Positions 26,472 to 34,408 of a stretch of 42,217 nucleotides of DNA are shown here, piece by piece. The stretch's first letter is position 1. Each line of letters opens with the position of its first letter. The notes under the pieces are model-generated. The model saw nothing but the letters and a program-made list of their open reading frames with translations, ran no database searches and was not told where the DNA came from. The stretch is from a virus, in the UHGV virus genome UHGV-0267411; one strand, 5' to 3'. The position numbers and the translations under genes were made by a program.

Positions 26472-26699
26472 ATGAATATTGATATCGAGATTATTGAAGA
26501 AATGTTGCAAAAAAGCAAATCGGATATTTATCCTGAAGACTATTTAGGTGAGTGCGAAGTAGAAGAAAATTCCGAAGAAGAAGAATTCATCTATGAAAAC
26601 TTTACTAGTATCAATAACTACATCATTAAGCGCTTAGAAACAAGATTGGCTTTTATGAAGCACGGTCTTAAAAATGAAGTCAGCAATCCACCAAAATAA
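26472..26699 (+). CDS. Hypothetical acidic protein (75 aa)
   Basis: ATG 26472 with strong RBS GGAGGAAAC 7 nt upstream (the track ORF extends upstream without an RBS). Confidence 0.4.
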   Translation: MNIDIEIIEEMLQKSKSDIYPEDYLGECEVEENSEEEEFIYENFTSINNYIIKRLETRLAFMKHGLKNEVSNPPK

Positions 26700-26722
26700 A
26701 CAACTAGAGAGGAGGGAAGTCG

Positions 26723-27466
26723 GTGAGAGCATTATCTCTTTTTTCGGGGATCGGCGGCATTGATTTAGCAGCAGAATGGGCCGGTATTGAAACAGTAGCG
26801 TTCTGCGAATATGCTGATTTCCCCAGGCAAGTTTTAAATAAGCATTGGCCTAATGTGCCAATCTTTAAAGATGTTAAGGATCTCAATAGAGCAGCATTAG
26901 AGAAAGTAGGTGTTATCGATCGAAACAGAACAATTGAGCTTATTCACGGAGGATTCCCTTGCCAACCTTACAGTGTATCCGGGGAGCAAAAAGGCAAAGA
27001 AGATGACCGTGATCTCTGGCCAGAAATGTCTAGAGTTGTCGAAGAACTCAGGCCCAATTGGGTTGTTGGAGAAAATGTTGCTAACTTCGCCAATATGGAA
27101 CTCGACCGTACGATATCTGACCTGGAAAACTTCGATTACCAAACAACAACGTTTGTACTTCCAGCTTTGGCCGTCGGTGCCGAACATCAAAGGCTTAGAA
27201 CATTCGTTGTTGCCAACTCCTACGGCATCGATGTGGAAAGGTGCAGCGAGATCCAGATACCTTGGGGGGGAGAATTATCGCGGGAGTTTCACGCAAGAAG
27301 CTTTGAGGAAATCAATCGAAGATCCGCAGTATATCAACCCAGATTATGCCGAGCTTATAATGGGATTCCCAATCAAGTGGACCGACTTAAATCACTCGGA
27401 AACGCAGTAGTTCCACAACAAATCTATCCAATTTTCAAAGCGATTATGGAGATAGAAAGCCTATGA
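26723..27466 (+). CDS. DNA cytosine-5 methyltransferase, apparently frame-disrupted (conserved motifs split between two overlapping frames)
   Basis: Frame of 26723 carries motif I 'LFSGIGG', IV 'FPCQPYS', VI 'GENV', VIII 'QRLRTFVVA', X 'LGNAVVPQQIYPIFKAI'. Motif IX ('NPDYAELIMGFPIKW') lies in the +1 frame ORF 26910-27410. A G7 homopolymer sits at 27264-27270. Confidence 0.6.
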   Translation: MRALSLFSGIGGIDLAAEWAGIETVAFCEYADFPRQVLNKHWPNVPIFKDVKDLNRAALEKVGVIDRNRTIELIHGGFPCQPYSVSGEQKGKEDDRDLWPEMSRVVEELRPNWVVGENVANFANMELDRTISDLENFDYQTTTFVLPALAVGAEHQRLRTFVVANSYGIDVERCSEIQIPWGGELSREFHARSFEEINRRSAVYQPRLCRAYNGIPNQVDRLKSLGNAVVPQQIYPIFKAIMEIESL

Positions 27467-27915
27467 AAAAAATATTAGACGCATGCTGTGGTAGTCGAAT
27501 GTTCTGGTTTGATAAGAGGAATCCCAATGTAACTTTTATGGATATTAGACAGCATTATGAGGAACTTGAAACAGGACATGTTGTGGATGTTGATCCAGAT
27601 ATTGTCGGAGACTTCCGAGATATGCCTTTTGAATCTGACACTTTCGACATGGTTGTCTTTGATCCGCCGCACTTGATCCACGCAGGTGACAATTCTTGGC
27701 TAGCGAAAAAGTACGGTAAGTTAGACGAACTTTGGCCAGAAGATATCCGCCAAGGGTTCGCAGAATGTATGAGAGTTCTAAAACCAAATGGTAGCTTGAT
27801 ATTCAAATGGAATGAAGATCAAATTTCTTTACGAGAGGTATTGGCAGCGATCGGTGAGCAACCGTTGTTTGGTAACAAACGGAGCAAAACACACTGGTTA
27901 GTATTTATGAAGTAA
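27463..27915 (+). CDS. Small SAM-dependent methyltransferase with DPPH motif (amino-MTase-like; N6A/N4C DNA MTase or RsmD-like)
   Basis: Motif I 'LDACCGSRMFWFD'. Motif IV 'VVFDPPHL'. 'VLKPNGSLIF'. 150 aa with no obvious target-recognition domain. 4-nt overlap with the C5-MTase gene. Confidence 0.5.
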   Translation: MKKILDACCGSRMFWFDKRNPNVTFMDIRQHYEELETGHVVDVDPDIVGDFRDMPFESDTFDMVVFDPPHLIHAGDNSWLAKKYGKLDELWPEDIRQGFAECMRVLKPNGSLIFKWNEDQISLREVLAAIGEQPLFGNKRSKTHWLVFMK

Positions 27916-27949
27916 GTCAGCTATCCGACGAAATAGCAGAAAGCGAGGA

Positions 27950-28276
27950 ATGAATGTGAGTGTAATTAAAAAACTAGCAAAAGAACTACAGGAATATACA
28001 AGAGTTGTTGGTAGCCATAACAAACATATACAGAGTGTAGCGAACCGTTTGGTGGAATTAACTGAACAACCGAAACTCTATCCAAATCAGCAGGAAATGT
28101 TACAAGAAGTTATAAAACAATACGACATCACTAAACCTAAAACAGTATTGCATGCATTAGAGCATCTATCGATGATCGCATTTCTGTTAGACGAAATGGA
28201 CGAAGTCGCTGAAGAAGATTGCATAGTGGTTGCCCAAGCGTTTCTTGATTGGGCGCAGGAACAGGAGGAAGAGTGA
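27950..28276 (+). CDS. Hypothetical protein (108 aa)
   Basis: GAGGAA upstream. The start could instead be GTG 27956. Acidic C-terminus. Confidence 0.4.
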   Translation: MNVSVIKKLAKELQEYTRVVGSHNKHIQSVANRLVELTEQPKLYPNQQEMLQEVIKQYDITKPKTVLHALEHLSMIAFLLDEMDEVAEEDCIVVAQAFLDWAQEQEEE

Positions 28277-28455
28277 TGAAAACCTTTGAACTAACATGCG
28301 TTTCCCACGATGGATCAGTAGGAACGATGCAAATTGAAGCTGTCACATCAGAAGGTGCTATTGCAGAAATGAACACTTATCCAGCAGTTAAATACGTTAT
28401 AGCCTGCCAAGAAGTTAATTCCGCAATCGTCAGCGATAGCAAACAGGAGGGATAA
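28276..28455 (+). CDS. Hypothetical small protein (59 aa)
   Basis: ATG 28276 with RBS GGAGGAAG. Overlaps the upstream stop by 1 nt. Confidence 0.35.
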   Translation: MKTFELTCVSHDGSVGTMQIEAVTSEGAIAEMNTYPAVKYVIACQEVNSAIVSDSKQEG

Positions 28456-28462
28456 GGTAACT

Positions 28463-28678
28463 ATGGAAAAATGTAAAGCATGTTCCGACTATTTCAAATG
28501 GGATGATGAAGTAATAGAAGTGGATGATGAGTATTATCACAAAGATTGTGTGACTCTCTATCCAACAGGATATGTTGCTTTTTTAGATGATGACTGTCTG
28601 GGAGAAACTGAAAATGCAGATGGGACTACGGCTTATAGTATTTTGGAAGAAGGTCAATATATAGATGACACAGATTAA
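28463..28678 (+). CDS. Small Cys-containing protein (71 aa; zinc-ribbon-like)
   Basis: RBS CAGGAGGGATAAGG. 'CKACSDYF...HKDC...DDC'. Confidence 0.4.
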   Translation: MEKCKACSDYFKWDDEVIEVDDEYYHKDCVTLYPTGYVAFLDDDCLGETENADGTTAYSILEEGQYIDDTD

Positions 28679-28883
28679 GAACAGGAATAACCAAACAAAT
28701 GTTAAGCTATCCATCATCATAATACTGCTGACAATCGCTGGCTTGAGTTGGCTATCCTATACAATAGTGGACCAGCAGAAACAGATTGAGCAGCTAGAAC
28801 AGCAGCTGCAGCATGAGCAGATGAAGTACAAGATTATTATCAACGATCCGTTGGTCAGGGATGCGATGGAAGCGGGAGGATAA
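28665..28883 (+). CDS. Small membrane protein (72 aa: TM plus Q/E-rich coiled coil)
   Basis: TM 'LSIIIILLTIAGLSWLSYTIV' then 'QQKQIEQLEQQLQHEQ'. Confidence 0.4.
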   Translation: MTQIKNRNNQTNVKLSIIIILLTIAGLSWLSYTIVDQQKQIEQLEQQLQHEQMKYKIIINDPLVRDAMEAGG

Positions 28884-28979
28884 ATGATGGACTTTGCAGT
28901 AGCGATTTTTTTCGCAGTCGTAGCGACAGTGGTTGCAAGCGTGATTTTTGGTAAGGAAGACATTGAGGAGGGCAAGTGA
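28884..28979 (+). CDS. 31-aa hydrophobic peptide with acidic tail (Fst/Ldr-like architecture)
   Basis: RBS GCGGGAGGA 4 nt upstream of ATG. 'MMDFAVAIFFAVVATVVASVIFGKEDIEEGK'. Below the size cut-off of the ORF track. Confidence 0.3.
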   Translation: MMDFAVAIFFAVVATVVASVIFGKEDIEEGK

Positions 28980-29141
28980 TTGGATTTGAAAGCTGCTGGC
29001 TCGTATGCTTATGATTTCTCTCACGGAATGCTGCTAGAATACGTATGGCAGCGACTGATCGAGAGTGAATTTGGAACAAGAAAAAAATACAGCGAAGATG
29101 AAATTGAAGAGTTCGTCAGAGATTATATGGAGGTCGAGTAA
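28980..29141 (+). CDS. Small acidic ORF (53 aa) with TTG start
   Basis: Preceded by the 16-mer GGAGGGCAAGTGATTG, whose last three nt are the TTG start. The same 16-mer precedes the ArpU gene. Stop abuts ATG 29142. Confidence 0.3.
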   Translation: MDLKAAGSYAYDFSHGMLLEYVWQRLIESEFGTRKKYSEDEIEEFVRDYMEVE

Positions 29142-29354
29142 ATGTGTGAGTACTGCAAACCCGATCCGAGAAATAGGGAGACATTGTATAGGTCTGATTA
29201 TCTGTGGTCAGGACGTACCGACTTTGTGGAAGTTGGAGTGAATGGCAATACAATGCATGTTACAGCTGAAGTTGATAATGCGGGTTACACAGCAGAGTTT
29301 GAGATTACCTTCTGTCCTATGTGTGGGACAAGATTAACCGAGGAGGGCAAATAA
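29142..29354 (+). CDS. Zinc-finger-like small protein (70 aa)
   Basis: 'CEYCKPD...CPMCGTRL' gives two CxxC pairs. Confidence 0.45.
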   Translation: MCEYCKPDPRNRETLYRSDYLWSGRTDFVEVGVNGNTMHVTAEVDNAGYTAEFEITFCPMCGTRLTEEGK

Positions 29355-29522
29355 TTGTTAGACTTTCAGGTGATAGTTTTGATGTTACTGATATTTGGAC
29401 CAGGAATTGAAATCAGAGACAAGTCTAGTAGATTGCGCTTTAAAGCATCTGGTCTACTATTCGGAATAGTGGAGTGTATTACTTGGTTGATTGGAAAATT
29501 TAGGAGCTAGGAGGGCAAGTGA

Positions 29523-29936
29523 TTGAGTAAGAATGATTCATTAATCAATGAGCTAGATAGAAAGTTTGCGAACTACCATGCATATAACAAAGAGATTGCT
29601 ATTCGAAAAGAGGAGCTGAAGCTTCGAGAAGTCGATGAAAATATCGGTGGCGGACGAAGTAATATCATGAGCAATCCGATTGAGTCGCAAGTAATAAAAG
29701 AAATGTCTGATCCGTACATTATGAACCGAGAACTGTGGAAAAAGGCAGTCAAAGAAACTCTGAGCGATCAAAGTGCGGATATTAGAGTTTTGATTGAAAC
29801 CAAGTACTGGGGAGAAGATAGTTGGATGGATTGGAAATCATTTGGCGATAAACACGGTTATAGCAAGCCAACAATTTATCGGATTCGGCAAAAAGTATTA
29901 TTCGATTTTGGCAGAAGAATTGGTGAAATTAACTAA
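29523..29936 (+). CDS. ArpU-family late transcriptional regulator
   Basis: TTG start with RBS GGAGGG 7 nt upstream. 137 aa. C-terminal 'SKPTIYRIRQKVLFDF' is the sigma-region-4-like helix typical of the ArpU family. Last regulator before the packaging/structural module. Confidence 0.65.
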   Translation: MSKNDSLINELDRKFANYHAYNKEIAIRKEELKLREVDENIGGGRSNIMSNPIESQVIKEMSDPYIMNRELWKKAVKETLSDQSADIRVLIETKYWGEDSWMDWKSFGDKHGYSKPTIYRIRQKVLFDFGRRIGEIN

Positions 29937-30082
29937 TTTGAGACAAAAACGTATAGTTGTCTCACTGTCAATAGGGGTAAAATTGTATTATCAAGTATTG
30001 TCGTAAAGGCAATATAGCTTTTCCGCGGAAACGGAACAAGCGAGCGACCTAGTATCGTGTATAAAGCAACCTAAGCTAGGTA

Positions 30083-30394
30083 ATGGTTGCGATAGAAAGA
30101 CAGATAGAGAGGATGATTTTAATGTTATTACAGATTGATAAACTTTTAAAGAGTGATGTTGGAGAGGGAAAGGAAGCTGTTTTAAGAACAGATATCATTG
30201 AAGGAGTCGAACGAACGAATCGTATTGATGGTTTTTTGATGGTTCATTTTTATGACGATTCCGTTTATTCGTTTTCAGTTAATGAAAAAGATAGTTCTTT
30301 CACTATCGATTCTTCAGAAGAATTCAAGGATTACATTATCTCTCAAGTGTGGTTATTGAATGATGAAGGTAAGACACTTAGAAAATTAATTTAG
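30083..30394 (+). CDS. Hypothetical protein (103 aa, or 90 aa from ATG 30122)
   Basis: Candidate starts at 30083, 30113 and 30122 (GAGAGGA lies before the last). Followed by a strong hairpin. Confidence 0.4.
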   Translation: MVAIERQIERMILMLLQIDKLLKSDVGEGKEAVLRTDIIEGVERTNRIDGFLMVHFYDDSVYSFSVNEKDSSFTIDSSEEFKDYIISQVWLLNDEGKTLRKLI

Positions 30395-30404
30395 CAAAAT
30401 AAAA

Positions 30405-30468
30405 AGACAGCACAATTTTTTGAAAGAGGTGGATCATCTCATTTCATAATTCGCTAGTGCTGTCTTTT
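30405..30468 (+). terminator. Long-range perfect 12-bp inverted repeat (AAAAGACAGCAC ... GTGCTGTCTTTT) with ~40-nt loop, followed by T-run
   Basis: Read directly from the sequence. Ends the ArpU operon. The loop is unusually large for a simple terminator. Confidence 0.4.
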
Positions 30469-30471
30469 TGT

Positions 30472-30580
30472 GTCACTGTGGCGGAATAGGTAGACGCTTA
30501 AAAATAAGGCTGATACGTTCGGGGTTATCCCAAACGTTTTTAGATTCAGTCATGCAAGGTTCAAATCCTTGCCAGTGACG
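30472..30580 (+). tRNA. tRNA-like element (Leu-type D-arm, canonical T-arm, perfect 7-bp acceptor pairing) but ~109 nt with no canonical anticodon arm: pseudo-tRNA or tRNA with insertion
   Basis: GTCACTG-TG-GCGGAATAGGTAGACGC ... CAAGG-TTCAAAT-CCTTG-C-CAGTGAC. The internal 57 nt contain a TAAAAA/TTTTTA-closed hairpin instead of a 17-nt anticodon arm. Confidence 0.25.
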
Positions 30581-30690
30581 TAGGCAAAAGCCTCCTGATT
30601 GCAAGGGGTAAGTGCAAGTAGCCTAAACTGCATGCAGAGGGTCGCTCCCTCAAGACACAAGATAATACACAAAATAAGAACGTACGGAAG

Positions 30691-30772
30691 AGGCATCTTC
30701 AGTTGGTGTATAGTTTAAGGGAAAAACATCCGTCAGAATGCAGGAGTTGTCGGTTCGAGTCCGGCTATGCCA
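30691..30772 (+). tRNA. Second degenerate tRNA-like element (T-arm GTCGG-TTCGAGT-CCGGC; acceptor GGCAT/ATGCC)
   Basis: Canonical GGTTCGAGTCC T-arm. 5-bp GC-rich acceptor-like pairing 80 nt apart. D and anticodon arms not resolvable by eye. Confidence 0.2.
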
Positions 30773-30957
30773 ATAGGGTTTATAGTTATCCCATTAAAAC
30801 TTGGTGTTTCGCTACCGAAGGCGAACTAACTATGAAAGCGACCGAGGACTTAGTAGGGATGGTGGATAGGTAGCTAATAGCTGGAAATCCTATGTGTAGG
30901 TTGCTTTAATCAAAAAACTGAAAGAGCCTCTTAACAATGCTAATACGTTTCAGTCGT

Positions 30958-30995
30958 TTATTAGTCACTCATTGCGAGTGGCTTTTTATTTTGCA
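30958..30995 (+). terminator. Rho-independent terminator between the tRNA-like region and the next gene
   Basis: AGTCACTC-attgc-GAGTGGCT (8 bp, one wobble) followed by TTTTTATTTT. Confidence 0.5.
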
Positions 30996-31005
30996 GAAAA
31001 GCGAG

Positions 31006-32202
31006 GTGGCAGACATAAACTGGACGGAACAAGAAATTGATAGGCTCAAAGATTTAATCAATGAAGGTTATACCAATAAAGAAATAGCATTCATATTGTC
31101 AAACGAGTACGGAAGAGAGTTTACCAAGATTAGTGTAAAAAGCAAACGTCAACGATTGAACAAAGTAACGCCACCTCGCACCGTAGATGGTCAATCAATC
31201 AACGAAAACAAACGGTACAATATTGACGGCACCATTTCTCAAGCTGAATTCGATGTGAAGATGGCTTTCTACCAGAAGGATAGCAAAACGCCAGAAGACA
31301 TCCTCAAGTACAAAGGTTATGATCCAGAAGAGTGGGAAATATCTCAAGTAACCACCAATGAGTGGACAACCACTACAGCGGATATCCAGAAATGGAATCA
31401 GCAGTTGAAGTTTGTGGTGAAGCCAAAGCACAAGGCATTTAACGCATCTGCCTTCACCGAATCGATTGAGCCAGTAAAACTAACCGCAATCAAAACGGGT
31501 GACAGAAACTTATTCATCGGATTGGCTGATTGGCATTTCGGTATCACCAAACTAGAGGACTTACAGGATAAGCTAGCGAGAATGATTGAAGTTATCTCGA
31601 AAGGCTATAAGCAGATTGTTATTGGTCAGCTAGGAGATTTATTTCATAGCAGCCAAATCAAAAAGTCAGTCACGATGGCTGGCACACAATTAGATGATGT
31701 AGATATGGAAACAGCAATCAAAGATGCACGAGCGTTTTTTGATGTGTTGATTACTGAGTGTGTGAGACATTCGAAGCAAGTGACTGTTGAACATGCTGAA
31801 GGGAATCATAGTGGATCGATCGAGTATATGTTTCTCCTATACCTAGAAGCCAAGTATCCAGATATCAAAGTGAATTACCATAATAAGTACCGTCAAGCCT
31901 TCATGTTGGATAATGTGGCAATTATGATTACTCATGGGCAGTATGGCAAGCGGAAGGATTTGCCGATGTTGTTCGCTACTGAGTTCAGCGATATATGGAG
32001 TAAGGCAACGACACGGGAGATAATCACAGGACATTTCCACACACAACAGACGAACGACTATCAAGGTGTGATCCATCGTCAGTTAGGGACTATTAAGCCG
32101 AATGACAGCTACGAGATTGAGAACGGTTGGACGATGGGTAAGAAGGTGCTGCAGTTGTTTGAATATGATAGCGAAAGGTTGAGGGTGACTTATGACATTT
32201 AA
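31006..32202 (+). CDS. HTH-domain plus calcineurin-like metallophosphoesterase (Mre11/SbcD-like motifs) protein
   Basis: Start uncertain (GTG 31006 after the terminator; track start 30937 lies inside the hairpin). N-terminal 'WTEQEIDRLKDLINEGYTNKEIAFIL' is HTH-like. Phosphoesterase motifs 'DWH', 'GDLFHSS', 'GNHSG', 'HGQYG', 'GHFH'. Confidence 0.5.
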   Translation: MADINWTEQEIDRLKDLINEGYTNKEIAFILSNEYGREFTKISVKSKRQRLNKVTPPRTVDGQSINENKRYNIDGTISQAEFDVKMAFYQKDSKTPEDILKYKGYDPEEWEISQVTTNEWTTTTADIQKWNQQLKFVVKPKHKAFNASAFTESIEPVKLTAIKTGDRNLFIGLADWHFGITKLEDLQDKLARMIEVISKGYKQIVIGQLGDLFHSSQIKKSVTMAGTQLDDVDMETAIKDARAFFDVLITECVRHSKQVTVEHAEGNHSGSIEYMFLLYLEAKYPDIKVNYHNKYRQAFMLDNVAIMITHGQYGKRKDLPMLFATEFSDIWSKATTREIITGHFHTQQTNDYQGVIHRQLGTIKPNDSYEIENGWTMGKKVLQLFEYDSERLRVTYDI

Positions 32203-32374
32203 ACGGTGTAAGCATGAATACGAACAGGTAGCTCGTATAGGTGGAGATACTCAAGCGACTGCTTTGAAATGTTCCATGTGCGGCAAAACTAAAACAGAAT
32301 GTCACGGCATCAACGGTCGCTTATCTTTCGAAGATATCATCAGATATGTTGACGAAGTCCTCTCGAGTAGGTGA
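32192..32374 (+). CDS. Small Cys/His protein (60 aa)
   Basis: 'CKHE...CSMCGKTKTECH'. Confidence 0.35.
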   Translation: MTFKRCKHEYEQVARIGGDTQATALKCSMCGKTKTECHGINGRLSFEDIIRYVDEVLSSR

Positions 32375-32583
32375 CTGATATGCATTACTATTACATCCAA
32401 CTATCAGTAGGAATACTAAGGCATAAGAACATCCGACAAGCGGAGTTGAAACCAAAGCACACGTTGCTTGAATGCTATGGGCAGTTTAGTGACGAGTATA
32501 TCGATCGACATAGGTTGATATACATCGGACATGGCTGGAAGAGTGATCCGCATATTGTGGAGAGGTTGAACAGATATTTATAG
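32371..32583 (+). CDS. Hypothetical protein (70 aa; may start at ATG 32380)
   Basis: Track start is GTG. No motif recognised. Confidence 0.35.
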   Translation: MTDMHYYYIQLSVGILRHKNIRQAELKPKHTLLECYGQFSDEYIDRHRLIYIGHGWKSDPHIVERLNRYL

Positions 32584-32600
32584 AAAGGTGATGATGGAAA

Positions 32601-33080
32601 ATGAGTTTAAACCCTAAACAAAGAGCCTTTGCTGATGAGTACATCATCACAGGCAACGCAGAACAGTCGGCTATTAAAGCAGGTTACAGTGAAAGTTATG
32701 CAAGGGGACAAAGTTACAAATTGTTGGCAAATGTCGGCATTAAAGAATATATAGACCAGCGGATCCAAGAAATTCAAAATGACAAGATTCTAACTCAAAC
32801 AGAAATACTTGTCATGCTGTCTGAAATAGCAAAGGGTGAGATCCCTGAGGTAAAGGAAGTTGTAACGAAAAAAGGCGAGTTCGTAGTCAACCCTAATAGC
32901 GAAGACGGCAAGAAACAGCTTGTATACAATGAAAGAGTTGAATTGATCCCTATTCCGCCCAAGACGAGTGATAAAAACAAGGCTTTAGAGTTGCTTGGTA
33001 AGCGATATGCTATGTGGACTGATAAACAGGATATCACAGCGAACGAGGTCGTGACGATTGTAGATGATATAGATGAGTAG
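32601..33080 (+). CDS. terS: Terminase small subunit (P27/Terminase_2 family)
   Basis: 'LNPKQRAFADEYIITGNAEQSAIKAGYSESYARGQSYKLL' is the characteristic N-terminal HTH. Immediately upstream of terL. Confidence 0.8.
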   Translation: MSLNPKQRAFADEYIITGNAEQSAIKAGYSESYARGQSYKLLANVGIKEYIDQRIQEIQNDKILTQTEILVMLSEIAKGEIPEVKEVVTKKGEFVVNPNSEDGKKQLVYNERVELIPIPPKTSDKNKALELLGKRYAMWTDKQDITANEVVTIVDDIDE

Positions 33081-34395
33081 GATTGTGTTATCTGAAATCA
33101 TTCTTGATCAGTTCAAACCGTTTTGGATAGCTTCGAAGAAAAAGAAGCACTTGCGTTATGTTCTAAAAGGAGGCCGTGGTTCTGGCAAATCATTCATTAT
33201 ACCTATGAGGATTATGTTAGACATTATGGAATATCCAGTTTCAGCTTTGGGTGTTCGGAAGGTCCAAAATACTATTCTAAAATCTGTATATGCAAACTTC
33301 AAAGGTGCTGCGAATGCCATGGGTGTTCGGCATCTTTTTCGTTTTGTAGATTCTAAGCTTGAAATCACTTATAAACCTAGGGGGAACAAGATTTATTTCG
33401 CTGGCGCAGATGATTCGGACAAGATTAAATCGATAAAAGACGCAGACTATCCTTTGGCTATTATGTGGATAGAGGAATTAGCAGAATTCAAGAGCGAAGA
33501 TGAAGTTACAACAATCGAGAATTCTGTGTTACGTGAAGAATTAGAAGGTAAGATAGCAAATCATTCAATGCGGAAAAAAGTATATCTGTTCGATTATAGC
33601 TTTTATTACTCTTATAACCCACCTAAAAGAAGACAGTCTTGGGTCAATAAAAAATATGAATCAAGCTTTATTGATGCCAATACCTATGTAGATCACACGA
33701 CTTATCTTGGAAATCCGCACCTATCCAAGAAATTTGTTGAAGAAGCGGAAAACGTCAAAAAGAATAAGCCATTGAAATATCGCTGGGAGTATATGGGCGA
33801 AGCAATCGGCTCGGGTGTGGTTCCTTTCGATAATTTACAAATCGAACCAGGATGCATTACTGATGACATGGTGGCGAATTTTGATAACATCCGTAACGGC
33901 TTAGACTTTGGCTATGCTACGGATCCATTGGCGTTTGTACGTTGGCACTATGATAAGAAGAAAAACGGAATTTATGCTATTGATGAAATATATGGTGTTA
34001 AGTTGAGCAATCGAGAATTTGCCAAGATGCTTCATGAGCGTGGCTATCAATCAGAAGAAATATTTGCTGATTCTGCAGAGCCTAAGTCAATAGCCGAATT
34101 AAAATCTGAGCATAATGTACCACGTATCAAAGGAGTAAAAAAGGGGCCCGACTCAGTTGAGTATGGAGAAGAGTGGCTGGATGATTTAGATTTTATTTGC
34201 ATTGACCCATTACGAACTCCTAATACAGCTAGAGAGTTTGAAAACATTGATTACCAAGTTGACAAGGATGGAAATCCTAAACCTAGGCTTGAAGATAAAG
34301 ACAATCACACGATTGATTGCACCAGATATGCTTTTAGTGAAGATATGAGAAATATAAAAGTTAGCATTGCAAATAAAGTTAAGTTCGGATTTTAA
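33073..34395 (+). CDS. terL: Terminase large subunit (PBSX-type)
   Basis: Walker A 'VLKGGRGSGKSF'. 440 aa. Acidic nuclease-region residues in the C-terminal half. 8-nt overlap with terS. Confidence 0.85.
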   Translation: MSRIVLSEIILDQFKPFWIASKKKKHLRYVLKGGRGSGKSFIIPMRIMLDIMEYPVSALGVRKVQNTILKSVYANFKGAANAMGVRHLFRFVDSKLEITYKPRGNKIYFAGADDSDKIKSIKDADYPLAIMWIEELAEFKSEDEVTTIENSVLREELEGKIANHSMRKKVYLFDYSFYYSYNPPKRRQSWVNKKYESSFIDANTYVDHTTYLGNPHLSKKFVEEAENVKKNKPLKYRWEYMGEAIGSGVVPFDNLQIEPGCITDDMVANFDNIRNGLDFGYATDPLAFVRWHYDKKKNGIYAIDEIYGVKLSNREFAKMLHERGYQSEEIFADSAEPKSIAELKSEHNVPRIKGVKKGPDSVEYGEEWLDDLDFICIDPLRTPNTAREFENIDYQVDKDGNPKPRLEDKDNHTIDCTRYAFSEDMRNIKVSIANKVKFGF

Positions 34396-34408
34396 GAGAG
34401 GTGATATT

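Noticed and set aside
28757-29079. Three overlapping minus-strand ORFs (72-76 aa), open in all three minus frames
   Set aside because: Simultaneous openness of all three frames points to composition bias, not coding. The plus strand carries RBS-supported genes here.
29427-29465. Imperfect ~40-bp palindrome around GCTTTAAAGC upstream of the ArpU gene
   Set aside because: Only the central 10 bp is a perfect palindrome and the arms carry insertions. It may be a regulatory site, but the evidence is too weak to call.
33123-33368. Alternative-frame and antisense ORFs inside terL
   Set aside because: Embedded in the confidently identified terminase gene with no start signals.
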